A stretch of DNA of 64,000 bases. Source: Lama guanicoe (Eukaryota). A program made the translations under genes and the position numbers. Under the pieces are notes generated by a model that did not search any database, had not been told where the DNA came from, and was given only the letters and a program-made list of their open reading frames with translations. Shown here one piece after another: positions 50,797 to 64,000 of this stretch (the first letter of the stretch is position 1; every line of letters starts with the position of its first letter). The stretch lies in contig MU053561.1 in the NCBI GenBank assembly GCA_013239625.1, forward strand, positions 3,364,283 through 3,428,282, read 5' to 3'.

Positions 50797-53199
50797 CTCT
50801 GTTGAAGACCTCAGTGTGTTTCCCATGGCTAGACAGGCATCTTAGAGGCACCACCCTGTGTTGAACTCCCTGAAATCAGTCACTTGACTGCCCCAGGAAG
50901 GGCAGCAACCTTTCAGCTGATGTCTTCTGAAGGGTGAGTTTCTTGCTTTCCTGGGACATTTTTCTGCTGCTCTTTCCACCTCTACCAGCAGCTGGGGACA
51001 GCTTTATCTTTCCTCTTTACTCAGGATTTTCAATCCTGGGACCACAGGAGGCTTACTCTTACCACCACTGATTCCCTCTTTGTTACTTTTCTTCAAGACA
51101 CCTGGCAGGTAGTGCTCTTCAAATGAGTCTTAATAACACAGCATTCTTGATTTAGGCCTCCAAATCAGGAACCTGCTAAAGTAAAATCTTTCCAGCATTC
51201 CTTCAGGACTTTAGGAAATGTTGAAAACTACAAAGGCTACAGAGGAGTCGGGACAACCCCTGTCCTTCCTCTGAGAAACGTAAAACCTCCCAGAGCACCT
51301 GCGGGAGGCTTCATCAGCAAGAGAGACACTCAGACCCCACTTCTCTGCTTCACTACTCAGAAACCACAATATTTATTCTTGAAATATGATTAAGGAGACC
51401 AATTGCCAAGGAAAATGTGGCTTTTTACCATAGGTTTATGGCAGTTTATAATCTACAGTTGATGTTGCAAAAATTAAATTTGTTCTTTTGGGCAGGTGTT
51501 CCTTCAATAAAAGGGATCAAGGTCAACCCATCCAGAGAAAACAATAACAAGAAGAAGAAAGAATAGAAAAGAATGAATGAAATTTGGTAACTAAACTTTG
51601 TTAGTCTTTATTATTAAACATTTCATTTAAAAAAGAAAAATTAGTGGAATAAAGTACCAAATGAGTGTTACCAATTGAAATAATTCCTTTACATTTTGCT
51701 TTAGTTTCTAAATTTATCATATAAACACTAAAATTTTTCTTACTACCAAGTCTCTGCATCAGTATGTAAGCCTCCTTAGGGTTGTGGGAAGATGGAGTTG
51801 ACCCAGAGACAAGTCTGATTTGCAGAACCATAGGATACTTTTACTGCCTTCATTTTAGACCCTAGCATGAGGAAAGGCAATGTGATATTACAAGCCCTAT
51901 TCAGAGGAAGGTCATAACAAAGTCCTATTAAAAAGGACATGTAGATTAAGTCCCCTTCTGCCACACTGCAGTGCCTATCACAGCCACCTCCCAATCCATT
52001 CTCTCCCATCACCATGATAACCCCCATCAGTCATAAGCAGCCAGAATACTATCAACCAAGAATAAAGAGTAAGCCTTCATCCCCAGCTCATGTGGTTTAT
52101 TTCAAATAATGACCTTATTTCTCAGTAAATTCTTGCCTTATTACAACATCGAATAGCCAGTCATTAGCACTGGACAGATCTAAGGGCTTTGGGGCTCTTG
52201 GCACCAAAAACTGCTTAGATTCTGGTTTCCTCTTCAATACGCAATCAAGGGCAAGATTACATAAATCCTCAGCTTCCCAGCTCAGTCTAACTATACTTCA
52301 ATCATTAAATAAGACTAAAATGATCTAAGACAAAAGACAATGCTGAATGACACTAGGCAACAAATTGATCAAAGGCCCTATCAAAAAGGAAATGAAAGAA
52401 ATGGCATAAAAACGAACCATGTCTATAAGCTCTTGGTACTTCAGTGTGGGTGCCCAGTACAGCTCAACATAATTCCTTTTGATTAACTACTTCTAGAAGC
52501 TTCCTAAACCAAAATATCTGTTATAAATATTTCAAATTAATTGAGATGACTCAGTTAGAGATAAAACAAGGACAGCTGTAATCATGAGGGAATTATAATA
52601 GCTTTTCTCTACAAGCTGGGGGCATAGTAATTATTCTCCATATAGTTTGCAACCCTGAATTGAGTAAAAGTCAACCACTACCAGCAAGATTGCTTTGTAA
52701 GATAGACAGAAGAGCACCTAATTGACAAATCTGTTTGCTATTTGGAGGTCTATTAATAAGTTGGTTTTAATCTCTTAATAAGTGGATTTTGTGCTTTCTA
52801 CTTTAAAGTCTTTAGTAAAACCTCTCAGAGTAGTTGTGTGAACTTAAGTTATAGAACATTGAGAACACTTTTCTTTACATTAAACATGGCACCACACTGA
52901 AGAGTTCCAAACTTATGGACGAGAAACCAAAAGAGCCCACTTTAGTGATGTTTAGAGAAACACACCTAACTGCAATACAGGATGATAAAAAGTACAACAG
53001 TGATAACTACAAGCAAGACCACTGCTCAATGGTGCTAAGGCAGATACGATCAATATTGTCTGGCAGGTTAAGGAAAAGCTCACTGAAGAAGGAACATTTA
53101 GACTGGGTCTTGAAAGGTGAAAAGAACCCCATGAGGGCATTTAGCAAGGGAAAGGTGCTCCAGGAAAAGAAAACAGTAGGTTAAAAAGCACAGAAGCAA

Positions 53200-56100
53200 G
53201 TGACGTCTGTGAAAACCGCAGAGTAAAAACTTTCAAAAATTCTCTCCTCCATGAAAGTAATGAGAAAACTGTCAAAAAAGAGCAGAATCAACTTTTTCAG
53301 AAATCAGGAAATTAACTAAAGGCTTGCAGCAACCTGGGGAGCATTTATTCAACAAAAACAGCTGAATCTTGGTAAGAAGAAAGAGTTTTGTGGTGTTTTA
53401 ACTTCTCCAGTATTTCACTCTCCAGTTCCGCAGCAGGCTTGGAAATTAACAGCCCATACACCCTGTGAAAACCAACAGCTTGGCAGCCCGCAGAGGAAGT
53501 AGAACGGGGTGGAGTTCCTGCATTTCCAGAGAATTATCATTATTTGATCTGGCTAGTAGTTCCCTGGGAGACCTCCCTTGCTGTCTATATTTGACTGACT
53601 CAGAGCTCTCCTAGTGTAAACAGACTTCCCTAAGGGCATTTGGTAAAACAATTATGGTCAATTATTTAACTTTATGACTACCTAAAGAGCTGAATAATAG
53701 TTGAGGCAAACAAAAGACCTACCAACAGCTTAAAAGAGCTGAGGAATGAGATGTTCATAGGCGTTTTGGAAAGCTCCTACAAATTTCTGGCAACCTAGAA
53801 GGCTATGCCTGTACATAGGGTTTTTCACATTTCCAGGGCTATAAACATGCTCAGGAAAAGACCTGAGAAGGCCCTAAGCTCTCAACTCTGGCTGACTTGA
53901 GGCTTTGCACCAGCAGGAAGTGAAGGCTAAGGGAGAGTTGTAAATTCCCTGGCTGTTTGTTGAAGGCATGCCCTAACACACATCAGGGTCCCTTGGCAGA
54001 GACTGAGACTCATATTGATTCCAGGTAGTTAGAAAAACCTCTGTCTAATCATTCACTGACCACTAAGTTAAGTAAGCAGAGATCTCACAGACAACAAAGA
54101 ACACAGACTACAAGATTAGTTCAGAAGTCACCAAAAACCCAACGATAATTGTAACAAATAGCAACAGTGACAAGCCCTGGGGATAAGAGGAATCTGATTT
54201 TTTCAGCTGCCATGTTATGTATTTAAGATGTCTAGTTTTCAACAACAAAAAATTATGTGACATGCAAAGAAATAAGAAATGATAGCACATGATCAAGAAA
54301 AAAGAAGCAGTAAAATAGAAACTGTCCTTGAGGAAGCCTAGACATTGGATTTATTAGACAAAGATTTTAAGCCTGTTATCTTAAATATGTTCAAAGAACA
54401 AAAGAAAGCCATGTCTAAAACCTGAAGAAAAGTATGAGAACAATGCCTCATCAAGTTATTTAATAAAGAGATATAATTTACGAACAGGAATCAAATAGAA
54501 GTTCTGGAGTTGTAATGTACAATAACTAAAATGGAAAATTCACTAGAGGAGATTAATATAATATCGGAGCAGAAAGAAGAATCAGCAAACTTGAAAATAG
54601 GTCAATTGAAATTATACAGCCTGATAAATAGAAAGAAAAAGAAAGAATAAATAAAAATGAAAAGAGCCTCAGAAACCTGTGGAACACAATTAAATATATA
54701 AACAAAGGAACCCCAGAAGAAGAGGAAAAAGAGAAAAAGAAACAGAACAGATATTTGAAGAATTCCTAAACTTGATGAAAAACATTATTCTACATATCCA
54801 AGAAGCCAAATAAACTCCAAGTAGGAAAAATCCAAATAGATTCACACTTAGACACATCATAATCAAACTACTGAAAGACAAAGTATCTTGAAAGCCTCAA
54901 GAGAGAAGTGACTCATCATGTACAGGGAATTCTCAATAAGATTAACTGCTGATTTCTCAGCAGAAGCCATGGAGAAACCAGGAAGCAGAATGACATATAC
55001 AAGGTACCAAAAAAACCCAAACCAAAACAAAAAAACACCAAACCTGTCAACCAAGAATTCTGTATTAAGTAATGCTATCCTTCAAAAAATGAAAAAAATT
55101 AAGATATCCACAGATAATAAAAAAAATAGCTATCACTAGCAGACTGATCTTATAAGAAACACTAAGAAGAGTCTTCAAGCTAATATAAAAGGACATTAGG
55201 CAGTAGCTCGAACCCATATAAAAAATAAGGAACATCAGTAAATGCAACTACAAAGATAAATATAAAATAGAGTATAAATGGATATGCATTTTCTCTTTTT
55301 TCTTCTATCTGATTAAGAATTCAACTCTATAAAGCAATAATTATAAATCTGTTGATGGGCACACAAAGTATAAAGATGTAATTTGTATGTCAATAATAGC
55401 ACAAAAGGAGGGGGTAAGGAATAGAACTATTCAGGAACAAAGTTTTTGTATACAATTCAAGTTAAGTTAGCATCAATCTGAATTAAGTTATTATGAGCTA
55501 AGATGTTAACTGTAATCCCAGGGTAACCAGAAAGTAAATAAATGAAAAATACATAGTAAATGAAATAAGAAGGAAATAAAATGGTATACTAGAAAATACC
55601 TAGCACAGAAAAGGCACTAATGGAGGAGCAGAAGAAAAAAGACATGATATATAGAAAACAAATAACAAAATGGTAAATGTAAATCCTAACTTATCAGTAA
55701 TTACATTAAACACAAATGGATTAAACACACTAATTAAAAAGCAGATATTGACACAATAAGTTTTTAGAAAAACATACTCCAACTCTATGCTTTACAAAAG
55801 AGACACTTTGGATTCGAAGACATAAACAGGCTGAAATTAAATGAATGGAAAAAGAAACAGTAAGAGCTGGATATACCAATATCAGGCAAAATAGACTTTA
55901 AGATAAAGACTGTTACTAGAGACAAAGAAGAATATTTTAAAGTAAAAAAGGGTCAACCCATCAAAAAGATGCAACAATTATAAACATATACACATCTCTA
56001 ACAATAAGACCCAACACAAATGAAGCAATAACTGGCAGAATTTAGAGGAGAAAAGGAAAATTCAACAATAATAGTTGAAAACTCCAATACCCCACTTTCA

Positions 56101-59100
56101 GTAATGAGTAGAAGAACCAGACAAAAAATCAACAAGGAAATAAGAGACCTGAACAACAACTGCAAACCAATTGGCCTAATAAACATCTACAGAACACTCA
56201 CATAACTACAGCAGAATATACATTCTTCTCAAGTGCACATAGAACATTTTCTAGGAAAGACCATATGTATGGCTATAAAAATCTCAATAAATTTAAAAGC
56301 ACATAAGTCATATAAAGTATATTCTCCAATCTCAATAAAATTGAATTAGAAATCTATAATAGTAAGACATTTGGAAAATTCACAAATATATAAAAATTAA
56401 AAAACACACTCCTAAATAACAAATGGGCCAAAATGAAATTAGAAAATATTTTGAAGTGAATGAAAATGAAAGCGCAACATACTAACATGGAATGCAGGTA
56501 AAACAATGCTTAGAGGGAAATTTATAGCTGTAAATGCCTACAATAAAAACAAAGAAAGATATCAAATAAATAACTTCTACCTGAAGAAACTAGAAAAAGA
56601 AGAGCAAACTAAACCTAAAGAACACTGAAAATAGTAATAAAGACTAGAATGGAAATAAGTGAAATAGAAAAAATACAGAAAAAAAAATCAATGAAACAAC
56701 AAGTTGGTTGTTTGAAAAGATCAATGAAATTGACAAGCCTTTAGCTAGAATGAGCAAGAAAAAAATGGAGAAGATTCAAAGCACCAAAAATCAACAATAA
56801 AAGAGGAGCATCACTAGTGACCACACAGAAACACAAACGGAATAATAAGGGAACACTATGACCAACTGTATGCCAACAAACCACATAGCCTAAATGGACA
56901 AATATCTATAAAAGACAGAAAAAAAAAAAACCTGCCAAAACTGACTCCAGAAGAAACGGAACATTTGAAGAGACATACAACAATTAAAGAGTTTAAATTA
57001 GTAATCAAACAACCTTCCAGAAAAAAAACTCAGGACCAGATGGCTTCACAGGTGGATCCTACCAAATAATTAAAGAAGAATTAATACTAACCATTCACAA
57101 ACTCTTCTGAACACTTCTTAATTTACTTTATGAGGTTAATATTACCCTAATACCAAAACTAGATAGGGGACATCACAATCGAAGAAAACTATAGACCAAT
57201 ATCCTTTATGAATACAGATTCAAAAATCCTCAAAATACTAGCAAACCAATCCACCAATATGTAGCAAGGACCGTCTATCATGACCAAAAGGGATTTATGG
57301 CAGAAAAGCAAGCTTATTTCAACATATCATGAAAAAAAAATCAACAAATTATAGTTTGTTAGGCCATCTATGTTTGATAAAGCTACCTGTTTAAAAACCC
57401 ACAGCTAACATCATATTTGATGGTGAAAGACTAAAAGCTTTCTCCTTAAGGTTAGGAAGAAAACAAGGAGTTCACTCTCAACTGCTTCTATTCAACATTA
57501 TTCTGGAGGTTCTAGCCAGGGTAACTAGGCAAGAAAAAGAAAAAAAAAAAGCATTCAGATTGGAAAGGAAGATATGAAATGATCTCTATTTGAAGATCAC
57601 ATAATCTTGTATATAGAAAATCAAGGAATCCGCATACCCAACAAACCTATTAGTTCTAACAAACAAGTTCAGCAAAGCTGGTGGCTATAAGACCCAGACC
57701 AATATACAAAATCAGTTGTCAGTTTTATTACTATGTACTTAGAAATAAACAATCTGAAAATGATATTATGAAAATAATTCTATTTATAGTAGCATAAAAG
57801 AGAATAAAATAGTTAGAAATAAATTTGACAAAAAAGTGTAAGACTTATACACTGAAAATTTAAAAACATGGACAGAAATTAAATAAGACTTAAGTAGGTT
57901 AGAAAGATATTTCATATTCATTAAATGGAAGACTCACTATTGTTAAGATGGCAATACTCCCCAGAATAGTTTACAAATTCAGCACAATATCTACAAAAAT
58001 TCCGGCTACCTCTTGGGGCAGATATTAACAAGTTGATTCTAAAATTTATATGCAAATAAAAGGGACAAAGAATAGCCAAAATAAAAACCTTGAAAGTGAA
58101 AAACAAAGTTGAAGGACTCACGCTTCCTGATCAAAACTTATTACAAAGCAACTATAAGCATGACTGTATGATACTGGCATAGAGTATCAGGGGAAAAATC
58201 CATACATCTATCACCAATTGCTTTTCAATGGAAGTGTCAAGACAATTTGATGGGAAAGAACAATCCTTTCAAAAATGGTGCTAGAACTATGGATATTCAT
58301 ATGCAAAAGAATGAATTTGGATCCCTACATAATACCATATAAAAAATTAAATAAAAATGGAAGACCTAATTGTTAAGAACTATAGAACTCTTAGAAGAAA
58401 ATACAGGTATAAATCTTCATGACCTTGGAATAGCAATTATTTCTTACATATGACATCTAAAGAACAAGCAATCAAAGAAAAATAGATAAGTAAGGTTTTA
58501 TAAAAATTAAAAACTATTGTGCTTCAAAGATCACCATCAAAATGTGAAAAAATAACCCATAGAATTGGAGAATATATTTGCAAATTATATTTCTGATAGA
58601 GTCTGGTATCTGGAGTACATAAGAGAAGTCTTAAAACACAACAATAAAAAGACAATTAAATCAACGAAGAAATGGGCAAAGGATCTGAATACACATTTCA
58701 ACAAATAAGACATACAAATAAGCCAATAAACACATGAAATAATGTTCAACATCATTAGACATTAGAAAAATGCAAATTAAAACCACAATGAGGTGCCACT
58801 ACATATCCAGTAGGATGGCTATAATCAAAAAGACAGACAACAACAAATGTTGTGAGGATGTGGAGAAGTTACAACCTTCATAAATTGCTGGTGGGAATGT
58901 AACATGGTACAGCCACATTGGGAAAAATTTTATAGTACTCAAAAAGTTGAACAGAGAGTCAGCAACTCTACTCCTAGGTATATACCCAAGAGAAATGAAA
59001 ACATACATCCATATTAAAATCTGTACATAAATGTTCATAGCAGCATGATCAATAATAGCTAAAAAGTAGAAACCACCTAATTGTCTACTGACTAATGAAT

Positions 59101-59515
59101 GAATAAATAAAATGTGGTATATCCACCCAATGGAATATTATTTGGCAATAAAAAGGAGTGAAATGCTGATACATGCATGCTACAATATGGACAAAGCTCA
59201 AAAACATTATGCTAAGTTAAAAAAAAAACAGACGTAAAGGGCCATGAATTATATGAAGTTATCTGTAATAGATAAATCTATAGAGACAGAAAATAAATTT
59301 GTAATTGACAGTGGCTGGGGACAAGTGGGAATGGGGAACAACTGCTAATGGGTACAAAATTTCTTTCGGAGATGATGAAAATATTCTGGAATCAGATAGC
59401 GGTGATGGTTACACCACTTTGTGAATATGCTAAAAAAAAAAACAATGAACCATACATTTTAAAAGAGCAGATTTTATGGTATATGAATTATATCGCAACA
59501 AAAAAATAAAAGAAA
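53200..59515 (+). mobile_element. Near full-length decayed L1 (L1MB-like): 5' UTR, ORF1 about 54330-55200, ORF2 about 55670-59000, 3' UTR and A tail
   Basis: ORF 54918..55139 is ORF1-like (IRLTADFSAEAME); endonuclease start ATTACATTAAACACAAATGGATTAAA; RT segment AACTATAGACCAATATCC; many stops and frameshifts. Confidence 0.92.
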
Positions 59516-61619
59516 CATTGGAGGGGGCATAACAACTTTCCTAAAGCATTCTCTGTATGCTTCCTGCTAACCTACATGATAAGAGTTATCAAAACTGGAT
59601 TGTTTATGACACACTTCTCTGTCTCCTCAACCAGTCTTAAAAGATCACCTGAAGTTAGAATTTATTAGAAAGACTGTTTCCCAAGGTCCAGCATAATGCA
59701 TAGCAAAAAGTAGGCTTAAATTAATATTTTAGAAAAGAGAAATATATATACAACCTAAAGCATTTAAGAAACTAGAATGAGTTTGTTGCTGTGGAAAGTG
59801 GTATGATCTGAGACCCTAGAGGTCAGCAGTGTCCAGATAATGGTGGCGACTAACATGAGGCATCTGGACTCTGTCCTGTAGCTACTGGGGGACCACCAAG
59901 TTTTTAAGCTGGTAAATAAAATGACAACATTTGCATCCAGAAAGAAATCCTTCTAACCACAGAAAGAAAGACAGCAACAATGGCGATATTAAGTTAGGAG
60001 GCACTAAATGACTAGACTTCCAATCAAATGACAAAACAAGCCCAGGCATCAAAAGCCATCCTCTACCCTTACCCTCAAGCCAAATGAAATGCCCACTGAA
60101 AAAGAAAAAGACGCTTCTTTTTTATTCACATTGGAACTAAGGGGTGATAGTATTGATATGTCACAAACTGCAGATGCACACAACCTAGAAGGCACCAATT
60201 CCCTGTCATGATAGGGTGGGATGTGTGTTATAGTCAGTAGGCATGGGTTATGCCAAAATCCATTAATATTCCCTAATTTGGAAAGAGGACATCAGCCAGA
60301 GGAGAGGTGCTCCACCTCTTCCAGTTCCCAGGTCCAGTCGTGGGGAACTAGTCTCAGAAGGTGTTGTATTTCTTCCTGGGTGGGAGGAAGACAACCAGAT
60401 GGTGACTCTGTTAGAGCTGGGAAGATAAACTTTTAAGAACCCAGATACAAGCATACATACCATCTGGGATGGTAGCCAAGCCAAACAGAAAATTCAATGT
60501 GGCAGACCAGACCCTGGTTCAGAGGATTTGCCCAGCCTGAAGGAGACAGACTTCCCTGCTGAGACAGCCTGCAGCCCCAGCTCAGTCTCCCCCAAACCCA
60601 GGTCCTGGGACATTGAACTACTCAGGCAAACTTCTATCAACCAACTCCCAAAGTTAAAATCAGGGAGTAAAATTCTAATAGTTTCCAGGTGAGGGGATCC
60701 AATAAGAATCCAACAAGTTTGCTGACAAGCATCAGGACTGGATTTGTCCTTCATCAGTAAAAAGTTAACACGGGGTTGTGAAGATAGTATATAATCCCAA
60801 AACATGGAGGAAAACCATCATTCAAGGAATGGAGCATGAGGATATTTGTAAAAGTATTTACTATAAGAAAGAAGATTTAGGTAGTTTCTATTTTCATGGT
60901 ATATATAAAATTCAAAAGAGCATGGAATTGATTAAATAAAAGATGAACAATAAAACTCTAAGGCAATAGGTAGACAAACAAGGATCTGGCTGGACTAAGT
61001 TAAAGAAAGGCTGTGAGGAAGATAATAATAATCAAAAATAAATTTAAAACAGAATTAAAAGCAGAAAGAGGAGAATCTGCATTACTGTAAGTCAAATTAA
61101 TCATGTGAACAAATATGAGAAACCTCCTCTAACGCAAAGGAAAAGGACAAAAATATTAAAATGATGGGAAGATGATGAAAATAAAGAAAAGAAAACAGAA
61201 ACAACACATGGTGCACCTTAAGAAGAGGGCAGAACAAACAGAACAGACAGTAATTAAATAAAAAACCACAGGAAGCTTCCTCCAGTGAAAAAAGACCCGA
61301 ATCCAGAGGATAAAGGACTCACACATTCCATACAATGTAAATGAAGAGAACAAGATTAGCTAGATGTGTTCAAGGAAATCCTTACAATTTAAATAAGTAA
61401 AGAACTCTACCAATATCCAGGATGGAGACAAACAACCTGAAAAGGGGCCAAAAGTGGGATGGCCACAGACTTCTCTATGGCAGTAAGTGACAGACTACAA
61501 TCAAGCAAACTGACAAAGTCTGGGGGGAAAATGTTTTTATTCAGCATGAAGAAGATATATAAGAATTTAGAAAGCATATAATTACAGAGCCATCCTGAAA
61601 AATTTACTCAAATTCATGA

Positions 61620-62570
61620 GAATAACTGGATTTCCACATGCAAAAGAATGAAGTTGGACCCCTATCTTAGATAACATACAAAAATTAACTCAAAATGGAT
61701 CAATGACCCAAACATAAGCATTAAAACCATAAAACTCTTAGCAGAAAACACAGGGGAAAAGCTTCATGACATTGGATTTGGCAATGGTTTCTTGGGTATG
61801 ACACCAAAAGCATAGGTGACAAAAGTAAAAAGAAATTGGACTACATCAGTGTTAAAAACTTGTGCATCAAAAAAACATTGTCAAGAAACTGAAAAGACAA
61901 AATACAGAATAAGAGAAAATATTTGCAAATCATATACCTATCGGTGATTGATATACAGCACATATAAAGAACTCCTACAACTCAACAACAACAATTCAAG
62001 TAAAAAATGGGCATTGGACTTCAAAAGTCATTTCTTTAAAGAAGAGCTACAAATTGTACTCAAAAGAAATCAAAGTAGGGACTTGGATAGATACTGTACA
62101 CCCAAGTTCATAGCAGCATTACTCACAACAGCCGAAAGGCAGAAGCAATCCAAGTGTCCATCAACAGATGAATGGATAAACAAAATACGGTATATACATG
62201 CAATGGAATATTATACAACCTTAGAAAGTAAGGAAATTCTGACAACATGCAACAATGAACTTTGAAGTCATCTTGCTGAGTCAAACAAGCCAATGACAAA
62301 AGGACAAATCTGCTTTATGAGGTACTTAAGTAGTCAAATTCAGAGTCAGAAGTGGAACATGGGTTCCTAGGGGCTGGGGAGAGAAAGAATGGGGATTTAG
62401 TGTTTATTGAATAGAGTTTAATAGATTTGGAAGATGAAAAAATTCTTGAGATGGATGGTGGTGATGTTGTACAACAATGTGAATGTACTTAATGCCACAA
62501 AACAGTACACTTAAAATGATTAAAATGGTAAGTTTTATGTTATGTGTATTTTATCACAATAAAAAAACAC
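61620..62570 (+). mobile_element. L1MB-type 3' fragment nested in an older L1 remnant (about 60000-64000)
   Basis: CACATGCAAAAGAATGAAGTTGGACCC; ORF 61948..62265 (KCPSTDEWINKI); 3' end GTACACTTAAAATG...CACAATAAAAAAA. Confidence 0.88.
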
Positions 62571-62760
62571 AATCCATATAGAAAAAGGTAGAAAGTATAT
62601 AATACAGCAAGGAAATATAAAAGCCAGAAAACATAACATGACAGTGGCCCAGAATATCAATTATGACAAAAAAAAACGTGGATTAAACTCCTTTATAGAC
62701 TCTCAGATGGAACACAATGATTTCAATTTTCTGCTGTTTTTAATATACAATATGATGATG

Positions 62761-62793
62761 TAATAGTCAAGAAGGAATCCTTCTTGACTATTA
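62761..62793. repeat. Perfect inverted repeat, 16-bp arms with 1-nt spacer
   Basis: TAATAGTCAAGAAGGA-A-TCCTTCTTGACTATTA. Confidence 0.97.
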
Positions 62794-64000
62794 ATGACAT
62801 TAAGCATAATCATATAAAGCATAAACTACTAGAAGTATGAAAAGAAGCTGGCAAAAACACAATAGTGGTAGAAGGTTTTAACATACCATTCTCAGACCTT
62901 GGTAGATCAATTAGGCAAAAACTAAAATAGAAACATGGTCTTATCCATTGTTCATAAAAAATGTAGAAAAATCATGGCAAAGAGAATCTTAAATATTCTA
63001 AAAAGAAATTGTGCTGGCTACATCTTTTGACCAGTACAAAACAAAAACAAAAAATGTTTATATACAAAATACTTCTAAACTACTTAGAAGTTAAAAAAAA
63101 AAAACAACTAAAAACAAGAGAAAGAGAAACACAAAGACACTTTAGTTAACCCCATCAACTAAGAAGACAATTACAATATACAAAACAGGAACCAGAAAGA
63201 TAGAGTCACATACATGGAGAGATTAATCTGCTGAACTATATGCTAATTAAACATATGAATAAAGTGGATGGTGTCCTAGGATAAAATTAATGAGGAAAAT
63301 TCATTTAAAAGAAGTAAGAACATTTTAAGAACATTTACAGATAAAATGATAAAATTGCTAAGAAGGTGCTAGGCTCAGATTACTAGTGATTCTTTTAATT
63401 TTCCAGGGAATATACAGTTCCCATAAATTTTTTACAGAGCAAATGAAAAATATTTCTAGGCCCATACGTCCAGACTTTACAAATGAAAGTATTTGTCATT
63501 TTTGCTGCTGATCTTTTTAAAAACGTATAATTAACACAATACTGTTCATAAAGTTGAAGTTTCCTTATTGTCTTCCCAAGCCCCGTTTCCTCCCACCCAC
63601 TTCCGTCTTCTGCCCAAACAACCCTGACCATGGATTCTGGATTCTGACAGATCCTGAGATAAAGTGGCATTTTTAATCTGTAGGGACACTATGAGCGACT
63701 GAGATGAAAGAAAAATGCTCAGCAGTTCAGGAAAGATTAAAAAAAAATCAAGCCAGGTCCCTTTATCCCCTCTTACACCGAGATAAAGTCCAAGTAAACT
63801 AAGGAATTAAATATAAAAACGAATCACAAGAGGAACCAGAAGAGAAAGGAGATGAACATTTATCTAAACTTGTGGATATGAAGAACAGATGCTGAAGGTC
63901 CTGAAAACCTTAATTAAGAACTCCAGACTTCACAATTAGAAAACACAATTTCACAATATAGAATAAGCAGAGACCCCAAATAGGCAATGCACAGAAGAAA

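Noticed and set aside
50800..52900. Possible terminal exon of a neighbouring gene (SLC22A15 lies upstream of MAB21L3 in human, as I recall)
   Set aside because: No ORF here resembles an SLC22 transporter or any protein I recognise.
53200..59515. Potentially active full-length L1
   Set aside because: No long ORF on the plus strand; both ORFs are broken by many stops and frameshifts.

Overview
Mammalian genomic DNA, most likely a camelid (alpaca, llama or camel), judged from several tRNA-Ala(AGC)-derived SINEs of the vic-1 type and cetartiodactyl-type L1 3' ends. The only protein-coding gene I can support is MAB21L3 on the minus strand. It has six coding exons (33734-33781, 24590-24730, 21650-21941, 15754-15932, 15092-15286, 10288-10521), all with GT-AG boundaries and compatible phases, giving 1089 nt / 362 aa. 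A CpG-rich putative promoter lies at about 34.5-35.9 kb. The rest is repeat-derived: L2/MIR/MER/MLT1 in the left, more GC-rich part and large, nested, decayed L1 elements from about 37 kb on. A ~2 kb tandem duplication containing a 177-N gap in the third coding intron is probably an assembly artefact. Best leads: (1) an open 66-codon in-frame N-terminal extension overlapped by a strong-Kozak uORF; (2) a possible recursive 5' splice site (CAG|GTAAGG) at the start of coding exon 4, whose use would create an NMD-type stop; (3) a degenerate cGAS-type catalytic motif suggesting a pseudo-nucleotidyltransferase; (4) a perfect 33-bp fold-back palindrome at 62.8 kb. I found no evidence for a wholly new multi-gene system. 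Repeat family names come from motif recognition and repeat boundaries are approximate.
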